Shown: positions 41,692 to 49,082 of the stretch, one piece after another
How the letters are laid out: each line of letters opens with the position of its first letter
How positions within the stretch are numbered: the first letter of the stretch is position 1
DNA from: Bigelowiella natans CCMP2755
Taxonomy: Eukaryota > Protista > Cercozoa
NCBI GenBank assembly: GCA_000320545.1
Contig: ADNK01000446.1
Location: 1-49,082 of the forward strand
Direction of reading: 5' to 3'
Length of the DNA stretch: 49,082 nucleotides
Translations under genes and position numbers: made by a program
The notes under the pieces: generated by a model
The model's database searches: none
What the model was told of the DNA's origin: nothing
The model's input: the letters and a program-made list of their open reading frames with translations, nothing else

Positions 41692-42353
41692 CTTTGCAAA
41701 CATCATGACGTGTTTTGGAAATGTGGTCATCATCAAATTCATTCATTCATTCATTCATTCATTCATGGGGATGATGGTGGTGTCCGACGGTGTGTCCAAA
41801 TGTGTCTGAAGATCGTTGCCAAGGATGTCCCTTGGGTGTCCGAATGTGTCCGAAGATCATTGTCCCTTGGAAGCCAGTTTCAAGCGATTTGGGGCAAAAA
41901 TTTGAGGGATTTCTCCCATCGTCGTTCCTCTCAATTCTTGGAGTCCCATCAGCTGACGTCGCAATTGTGACGTCGCCACATTGCTGCCAATTGCTTTGTT
42001 CGACGACAGCCAGGTTGCCAGGTTGCACCAATCTGAGTGCCCACGCTTGTCTGCTGGTCAGTCCTCACTGAAGCCAGTTCGTTCAGCTGAGCCCCCCGTG
42101 TCCTCGAGAAGCCTTCAGCTTTGGGAAGCATCCACGTCGCATGTGCAGTTTCCGCTCAGCCGCTCTTCTTGACTCTTGGTCGCACTGCCGTCTTGCAGCC
42201 GTGCACACCAATGTTGCATCGTGCTGGTTTTCACGCCAATGAGTCCTCGTTGTTTCACAGCTGTGCGTTTCGCACTTCATTGCAAGTGTCACGCAACAAA
42301 CTTGGAAACGTGGTTGTTGATGCTCCCATGTTCGCGCAAGTTTGACATGCATG
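41692..42353. other. TpA-free tract (hypermutation footprint)
   Basis: No TA dinucleotide between the TA at 41690-41691 and the TA at 42354-42355; rich in CA/TG. Confidence 0.9.
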
Positions 42354-42686
42354 TAGTCAACATGCAAGCGAGCATGAACCGAGGAAATTAGCAAATTAAC
42401 TGTGCACGTAGCAGCAGGTGAAGCGGCACAGGTGCGACAAGCATTGCCGTGACGCTTCAGCCTGCCGCGACAAGGAATGCACACGCATGTCGCACGACAA
42501 GGACTAGCCTTGTCGCGGCCTAGAAACCCAATGCAATCACGTGTGACTGATGACAAGCTTGACACTTGTCAGAGGGCGGTCAACCCTCGCATGATGACCT
42601 CACAGTTCAATCTGAACACCGCTACCTGCTCGTTTGCTAGCTTTTGCTCACTGCGCGCACATCGCACCGCACCCAGCCCTCCAACA
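42315..42686 (+). repeat. Putative 5' LTR of the copia element
   Basis: TGTTG at 42315 and CAACA ending 42686, directly followed by a PBS-like sequence and gag. The left boundary is inferred only, because no second LTR is available. Confidence 0.55.
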
Positions 42687-42698
42687 GGTCAAGAGCCT
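42687..42698 (+). promoter_or_regulatory. Primer-binding site, half-tRNA type (probably tRNA-Lys CTT anticodon arm)
   Basis: GGTCAAGAGCCT immediately after CCAACA; its reverse complement AGGCTCTTGACC is one mismatch from the tRNA-Lys(CTT) anticodon arm AGGCTCTTAACC (recalled sequence). Confidence 0.55.
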
Positions 42699-42738
42699 CA
42701 AAGTGAGAAAAGTTTGCCAACGAGAATTGCGAGCAATC

Positions 42739-44880
42739 ATGTCCCAGTTGTCTTTTCTGAGCAAAGCCAAGATTCACCTGACTAGGTCAGGTAGCAACTT
42801 CAACCATTACGCCTTCACGATGAAAGCTGTTTTCGCGGCCGAAAACATGATCGATTGTTTCGAAATGGCGAAACCATCGACCACGGCTAACAGGCCGGCG
42901 AAACTTATCAACGTGATTAAGAATCCGGAGTACTGCAGGGAGGTGGCCCGGATTAGCGAGACCGAAGCTAAAATCTGGCGCGGAGGTGTACCTGCTACGA
43001 GCGCCGACGATGAGGCCAATGTGAGGGCCTACGCCGCGATTTGTCTAACTGTACACTCCGCCCACCAACACCTACTCGATAACTCCGGAGGCCTTGCAGC
43101 TGTCGCCTGGGCTCGTCTAACGGAGAGGTTCAAGCCTACCGATAACGCGTCCATGCATGAGTTGAATAGTAGCCTACAACAAGCCTCCATCGAAAATTTC
43201 GATCACGACGTAGAGGCATATTATTCTAAATTCGTTACCATCTGCGGAAGGCTGGCCAACGCGAACCAGCCTGTCAGCGAGCAGATGCAGATAACCTGTT
43301 TCATAAATGGGTTAAAACCAAAGAAGAAATATAAGGCTATCGTGTATAGCCTGGCTACGGCTAACAATAAAAAACTAAAAGATACCATGGAACAGCTACG
43401 AGATCTACTCAGTGCTAAAAGGATGGCTACTAATAGAGACGGACAGGAGAAGAACCACATGCAGGCAGAAGTAAAGAGGATTTACGTTAGAAAGCGTCCG
43501 GCGCAAGAAATGATGAATTATCAGGGAAACCAGTATCATCATAATAATAATAATTATTACCAGCGCGGACGAGGCAGAGGGTCGCGCGGTTCTCGCGGTA
43601 GAGGAGGACGCGGACGCCGAGGCCGAGGGCGTGGTGGAAGGAAGCGATCCTACAATAATAATCACAAAAAGGATCAGCAGAATAATCACAAAAAGGCGAA
43701 AAAGGATGTGGTATGTTATTCGTGTGGCAAGAAAGGACACTATGCACGCGAATGCTATTACATTGACGACCTGACCGAGAAGCAGTACAACGCCGTCCTA
43801 GAAAAATGTAAAAAGGATAAGAAGAGTAAGAAGGAGGCGATGTACGTGCAGCAGGAAACAAAGAATAAAAAATATGAGGAATACGGCTCCTCAGAGGACG
43901 AAGATGATTTATTCGGGAGAGGTTGTTACATGCAGAGCACGGAATGTGATACTAAAAATCTAATAATACTTGATAATGGTGCAACTACGCACATTTTCAA
44001 TAATAAAAAATATTTCTCTCACCTACTCCCTCTCTTGAATAAAAGAAAAGTGAGTGTTGGCAAGAAGGGTGTTACCCATACTGCAACACACAAGGGGAGA
44101 GTTCCAATAACTTTCGTACTCCCCTCGGGTAAAAAGAAAAGGGGAATGCTGAGTGGAGTGTTATACTCACCTGATTCTTCTTTGTCTTGTATATCCCAAT
44201 CAAAGATTGATAGAATCGGTTGTCGTATAGAAACCGCGAATGGCCAGACCCTGGTATTCAAAAACAATGAGCCTATTATGCATTTCAAGATGAAAAATCG
44301 ATTATATCATGCCGTATTGGATGATAATCATAATATGCTCAACAATAGAAAATCAACCAACATACAGTCATATGATATTGATGTATCGTGTGGTGTCGAA
44401 GTACCTGAGTGTACTGTCGATCAGGTCTATAATCAAATGGATGATACCGTGGAGCTTCACAGAAAGCTGCTACACTATAATCGACCTAAAATATCACAAG
44501 TTGCAAAATGTTCAACTGGATTAAAAACTCCTAATCAGTTGAAAAAGATAAATTGTGCAGCATGTGATATGACTAACACTAAACGCGCAAGGCGAGGTGT
44601 GCCAGGAGCAACCTCGGCCCAAAGCGAACGTATGCACGCGGACACTAAAAGCTTAATACGTAGCGTGCGCGGTTACAAGTACTTCGTGGTATACGTACAC
44701 GAAGGTACACGTAGAATAACCGCGGCTAAGGCTAAAAAGAAATCGCAAATACCGGCGCTTACGCGCAGTATATTGCGCAAGCATAAAAACGCATACGGGT
44801 CGCACATTGTAGAATTCCGTTCGGATAATGGCTCAAGCCAGAACAGAACGGAATGTCTGAGAGAGCGATACAAACGGTGA
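42739..44880 (+). CDS. Copia gag-protease-integrase N-half (frame broken by deletion at ~44832)
   Basis: AWARLTERF gag motif, RGG tract, zinc knuckle CYSCGKKGHYAREC, protease ILDNGATTH, HRKLLH...CAAC, MHADT...EFRSDNG. Confidence 0.9.
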   Translation: MSQLSFLSKAKIHLTRSGSNFNHYAFTMKAVFAAENMIDCFEMAKPSTTANRPAKLINVIKNPEYCREVARISETEAKIWRGGVPATSADDEANVRAYAAICLTVHSAHQHLLDNSGGLAAVAWARLTERFKPTDNASMHELNSSLQQASIENFDHDVEAYYSKFVTICGRLANANQPVSEQMQITCFINGLKPKKKYKAIVYSLATANNKKLKDTMEQLRDLLSAKRMATNRDGQEKNHMQAEVKRIYVRKRPAQEMMNYQGNQYHHNNNNYYQRGRGRGSRGSRGRGGRGRRGRGRGGRKRSYNNNHKKDQQNNHKKAKKDVVCYSCGKKGHYARECYYIDDLTEKQYNAVLEKCKKDKKSKKEAMYVQQETKNKKYEEYGSSEDEDDLFGRGCYMQSTECDTKNLIILDNGATTHIFNNKKYFSHLLPLLNKRKVSVGKKGVTHTATHKGRVPITFVLPSGKKKRGMLSGVLYSPDSSLSCISQSKIDRIGCRIETANGQTLVFKNNEPIMHFKMKNRLYHAVLDDNHNMLNNRKSTNIQSYDIDVSCGVEVPECTVDQVYNQMDDTVELHRKLLHYNRPKISQVAKCSTGLKTPNQLKKINCAACDMTNTKRARRGVPGATSAQSERMHADTKSLIRSVRGYKYFVVYVHEGTRRITAAKAKKKSQIPALTRSILRKHKNAYGSHIVEFRSDNGSSQNRTECLRERYKR

Positions 44881-47483
44881 CGACTAAAATACGTACGATA
44901 ATAAAGCAATGCGGTATATCGTTACGGTATTGGTGTTACGCGTTAGATTATGTGATCTACACTATGAATCGAATACCTCACTCTGCCGATAACACGAAGA
45001 CTCCCTACGAGCTCTATTACAAGAAGAAGCCAGACCTGAGTAATTTAGTGGTGTTTGGCTGTATCGGTGTACTATCGGTGGATAAACAATTGCGCAAAAG
45101 GTCACGGTTAGAGGATACTGGACAGTATGTACGCATGCTCGGATATGATACGAGACATGGCACGTACATAGTCAGTACCGATACCGGTAAAATCATAGAA
45201 AAAGCGAATGTGGATAAGTGGTATCAAAGTGTGTTTCGCTCTGCTACTCTAAGACAACAGTTACCTCAATATCGGGATCCTGAGGACTCTGATGTCGAGA
45301 TGGATAAAGGCGAGGTTCCTGCGAGTAAGAAGAGAGATGAATTAGAATCTTCTTCTAGTACAAACATTACTAATGTAATGGATTTCATTAAAGCATTACA
45401 TGATACGCTGAGTACTCTCGCTAAGAAGATAGATGCGATGTCATCATCATCATCATCAGCTACCATCGCTACTAAGAAGGATGATAGTGAGGAGAGAGCA
45501 GACACTACGTTACCTTTACCTATAAAGCTGCCGATATCCACGGGGGGAATGAGTTCTTCAACTGCGCCTGAGATAGACAAAGCAAAGCATAAGCGTAAGG
45601 AGGCACCTCAACTACCTACTAGAGTCTCTAAGAGATCTAATAAGAACGTGCCTCCGGCTATGATAGGCCGTAACTACGGCGTCTATGCTCTAATGGATTT
45701 TCAGGCCATGCAGGATGAAGAGCAGTGTATTACCTCTGTTGCCCATGCTGGCAATAGCTTATTCGCTGAAGAGTACAAACATCCACGATTAGAATATGAC
45801 AAGATAAGAACGGCGGAACGTATGTTCGCCGCTCTTGATCAAAGCACCGGGGAGGTTATATTAAAGGATGTTGATGTGTCTGTACATGATATATTAGACA
45901 TACCTAAAACCTTCCGCGAGGCTGTTACTGGACCTGAGAAGAAGTATTGGTTACCATCAATAAAGGATGAAATTAGATCGTTAGTTAAGAGACATACATG
46001 GGACATAGTTAGACGACCGAAAGGTAAGTTAGTTTCTACTAAATGGGTATTTAAAAAGAAACTAAACCCTGACGGGTCTATTCGCTACAAGTCTCGTATG
46101 GTGGCAAGAGGATTCGATCAACGCCGAGGCGTTGAATGGTTTCGCTCGTATGCACCGACTCTCTCACAGGCATCTCTACGTATACTATTAGCGTTGTGCT
46201 CCAGATACAAGCTAATGATACACAACATAGACATACGTACAGCTTACCTCTACGGCCAGATTGACGCCGATGTCTACCTTGAGATACCTGATGGGTTAGA
46301 AAAAGGAGATTGTAGGAGTAAACAAGAAGAAGAGATTATGAATGACAGGGCTAATGCAGCCTGTCAGTTAAATAAATCTATCTACGGTCTAAAACAATCA
46401 GCATACATATGGAACCGAACATTCGTAAGGTCTCTCACTAAGATGGGTTTCAAACAAATGGAGACAGACCCATGCTTATTTGTGTTAGACAGAGGAGAAG
46501 ATAGAAAAGTTATAGTGGGCATCTACGTAGACGATACCCTTCTATGTTTTCAAAACGAGAAAGATAAAGACTACGTTGTTGAAAATTTAAAGAAGGAATA
46601 CGAAATGCACTATCTTGGCCCAGTGCAAGAGTGCTTAGGTTTACAGATAGAAAGAGACAGCAGAGGTTGTTACTCTGTCTGTCAAGAAAAATACATCACG
46701 AAGATGTGTGAAAGATTTAAAATCTTACCTTCTAAGCGCGCCCGGACTCCGATTCCGATGGATATAAGGAAGGACTGTAGCAGTGAACCTAAAGTAGATC
46801 AAACATTATTTAGGTCAGTCATTGGTGCCTGTTTATACGTTGCAGTAGCTACACGACCGGACATAGTCGCGGCCTTATCGCTACTGGCAGTACATTCGCA
46901 GGACCCAAGGGAAAGCCACTTGAAAATGGCGTATAGGGTTATGAAGTATTTACTAAATACTAAACACTATAAAATATGCTACAACCGACCTGAGCGAGGC
47001 TTCGAGGGATACGCCGATGCTACTCACATGACTGAGAAGGATGGCAAAAGCAGATCAGGTTACTTCTTACAGTTCTGCGGTGGCCCTGTATTATACGGCT
47101 CACACAGACAGACTGTGGTAGCTAATCACATAGCCGAAGCTGAGTACATGAGTATGTCTCAGCTAGGGCGTGATATAGTATATGCTACGCAGTTAGTTAA
47201 AGAATTAGGCTTCGAGCCTAACAAGAAAATATTAATGAAAATACCTGTATTTGAAGACTGCCAGCCTGCCATCCGAATAGCCACCAACCCTGGCTTTACA
47301 AAGAAGTCTAAGTCAATAAGAGTTGCGTACCATAACGTTAGACAACTCATACGTGATGACGTTATACGATTATATCATATATCTGGCAAGGAACAACCTG
47401 CAGATATATTGACTAAACCTATAGGGCGAACACCGACACTGGCATGTTGCCAGAAGTTCTACGCTAACATACGTACTAAGTAG
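44835..47483 (+). CDS. Copia pol C-half: integrase end, reverse transcriptase, RNase H
   Basis: KPEQNGMSER, KTPYEL...VFGC, KWVFKKK...YKSRMVARGFDQ, DIRTAYLYG, LNKSIYGLKQSA, IYVDD, GYADA...SRSG, AEAEY, QPADILTK. Confidence 0.95.
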   Translation, partial: KPEQNGMSERAIQTVTTKIRTIIKQCGISLRYWCYALDYVIYTMNRIPHSADNTKTPYELYYKKKPDLSNLVVFGCIGVLSVDKQLRKRSRLEDTGQYVRMLGYDTRHGTYIVSTDTGKIIEKANVDKWYQSVFRSATLRQQLPQYRDPEDSDVEMDKGEVPASKKRDELESSSSTNITNVMDFIKALHDTLSTLAKKIDAMSSSSSSATIATKKDDSEERADTTLPLPIKLPISTGGMSSSTAPEIDKAKHKRKEAPQLPTRVSKRSNKNVPPAMIGRNYGVYALMDFQAMQDEEQCITSVAHAGNSLFAEEYKHPRLEYDKIRTAERMFAALDQSTGEVILKDVDVSVHDILDIPKTFREAVTGPEKKYWLPSIKDEIRSLVKRHTWDIVRRPKGKLVSTKWVFKKKLNPDGSIRYKSRMVARGFDQRRGVEWFRSYAPTLSQASLRILLALCSRYKLMIHNIDIRTAYLYGQIDADVYLEIPDGLEKGDCRSKQEEEIMNDRANAACQLNKSIYGLKQSAYIWNRTFVRSLTKMGFKQMETDPCLFVLDRGEDRKVIVGIYVDDTLLCFQNEKDKDYVVENLKKEYEMHYLGPVQECLGLQIERDSRGCYSVCQEKYITKMCERFKILPSKRARTPIPMDIRKDCSSEPKVDQTLFRSVIGACLYVAVATRPDIVAALSLLAVHSQDPRESHLKMAYRVMKYLLNTKHYKICYNRPERGFEGYADATHMTEKDGKSRSGYFLQFCGGPVLYGSHRQTVVANHIAEAEYMSMSQLGRDIVYATQLVKELGFEPNKKILMKIPVFEDCQPAIRIATNPGFTKKSKSIRVAYHNVRQLIRDDVIRLYHISGKEQPADILTKPIGRTPTLACCQKFYANIRTK

Positions 47484-49082
47484 TACCTCTATGGGGCCGG
47501 TTAAGCCGGCGCATGTCGCCTCCTAGGGACATGGCTTTAGCCTACGTCGACGTTTAATACGTGACGTTAAGCTGGAATAGTCCTACTATATGGTTGCTGG
47601 CGTCGACGCTTAATACGTGACGCCAGGCTTCTCCTCCACTACCTATAATATATATATATTATATATATAGGTGTCTATCACGGTGTGTAATGGTTAACAT
47701 ACATACCGTATGGGGTGTTATGCTAACCCCCATAAGCCTCAAGCTTCTCCAGCTCGGGAGGCGTTAGCCTCTGCGGCTGGGGGGAGCACTTGCTGCTGCT
47801 GGGGAGGCGTCCAAGACAAACCTATAAATTATAGGACACATTACTTGTAATACTTTACTACAGTAAGTATCGCTATAGAATACATACAGTTGTATTAACT
47901 GTTATATTAACATCTGAAATATATGCAGCAATTAACGCTGATATATGTTCTATACTTAATAGGAACTATGAAATTATAGTGTATGCAGCATAGCTGATAT
48001 ATTATAATTATAGTTATATACCGAGCTAATACTGACACAATAAGTGTTCAGTTATATGGCTGGTTTCAATACATTACTACATGCAGCAATAAGCTGGCTT
48101 ATATCAAAAGAATATCATTCTATAGAGCTACAGTTGGCATGTTAATCATGCAACTGTGAGCCTATATAAAATCTATAGAATTTGTAGGGTGTTGCTGGTA
48201 TTAAATTAAGCAACACCGCTACTAATAAATATATGCGGGTTAACCCCGATGTGTAATATACTCAACATTGCTATCTGCAGTGGTGTCCTACGAGTGATAA
48301 GGATTACCTTGTTGAGAATTAGTTTTCAGGCTCAGTTCGAACCTATGAACACAATAGAATACTCGGTCATTATAACTGGTATTGAATTATAAATTTTCCG
48401 GTTAAGCATTAAGGAGAGAAAGGAACCTGTAGTTGCTTGATGCTAACTACACCCTGCGATTATTGGTTTCCTACCTTTCCGGTTCTTCCCGGATAATTTT
48501 TCGCTTTGCGAGGCGGATGGTTTCACGAAATTGAAACCCGCCTTTTGCTGGAATATGCAAAGGAAAAATAATCAAGTTAGTTTGTATCCTTGTCTTTGAT
48601 GAAGAAAGGACACCAATGCAAAAAGAACATTGAACAATTACCTTCCCCACACCGCATTTCCTTTACGGACCTTTGGTCCGGAGGAAAATCCTTCTGGTTC
48701 GCGTACTGATTGTAGCGAACAGAACGAAACAGACAAAGTAATTGGTTCAAGTCCTTTCCTTTCAAAAGGAAGGATGTTCACAACAAAAAATACAAAGGCC
48801 ACTCAATTTGCAACTTGAAGGGGGGTTAGGGGTCACCTTGATTTTTTCCTTTCCTTTCCCCCTCCCCCCCCTCTCTCCCTTCCATTCCACCTTCGTATTT
48901 TTGTGAGTGTGTGGATATTTTCCTGACATTTTTCTCGCTTGGCGTAATAACCGCCTGCATTTTTTGCGATCATTTTGCATTTTCGTAGGGATCAACCTCA
49001 TTTTGAGAAAATGAAATAGTGCTTAGTGCACAAAGATTGTTTTTTACAATTTCGCATTTCGAATTTTTCGAATTTTCGAAAC

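Larger units (their letters stand above)
42315..47483 (+). mobile_element. Ty1/copia LTR retrotransposon, integrase-defective, 3' LTR not found
   Basis: Domain order is gag, protease, integrase, RT, RNase H. Confidence 0.95.

Noticed and set aside
41617-42785. Dense overlapping ORFs, including the upstream extension of gag from 42634
   Set aside because: A by-product of TA loss removing TAA/TAG stops; the likely gag start is 42739.
44835-44880. Programmed gag-pol frameshift
   Set aside because: The break is inside the integrase core with sequence missing, and there is no slippery site.
43900-47483. Classical RIP as the cause of the TA-rich pol
   Set aside because: CpA to TpA mutation would create stops from CAA/CAG/TGG codons, yet the ORFs remain open over hundreds of codons.
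48820-48832. Telomere-like TTAGGG
   Set aside because: Single occurrence, no array.

Overview
Intron-rich eukaryotic nuclear DNA. Signal-peptide plus transit-peptide N-termini on several plastid proteins suggest an alga with a secondary plastid, most likely a chlorarachniophyte (inference). Hand-spliced gene models in order: ABC1K8-like kinase (-, runs off the left edge); a ~22-exon plastid membrane protein with five copies of an unrecognised 'YDGTADI..LTRRR' motif, expanding by a 550-bp two-exon duplication; a small membrane/secreted protein; an intronless KDM5-type JmjC demethylase; an EGY-type M50 protease; acid ceramidase; a possible single-pass membrane protein; a Pro-rich putative thylakoid-lumen (Tat) protein; TRM61; an F-box/LRR protein; a small Cys-rich secreted peptide; and a putatively mitochondrial Giardia-type ornithine carbamoyltransferase. 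Mobile DNA comprises a TA-targeting MITE family and a Ty1/copia element with a deleted integrase core and no visible 3' LTR. The standout signal is a sharply bounded ~660-bp tract (41692-42353), covering the copia flank and LTR start, with no TpA dinucleotide at all. Nearby surviving TAs are mostly CTAG/TAG, and TA<->CA/TG differences dominate between repeat copies. This suggests a localized TpA-specific A-to-G hypermutation process, the mirror image of fungal RIP. All splicing and counts were done by eye and need confirmation.
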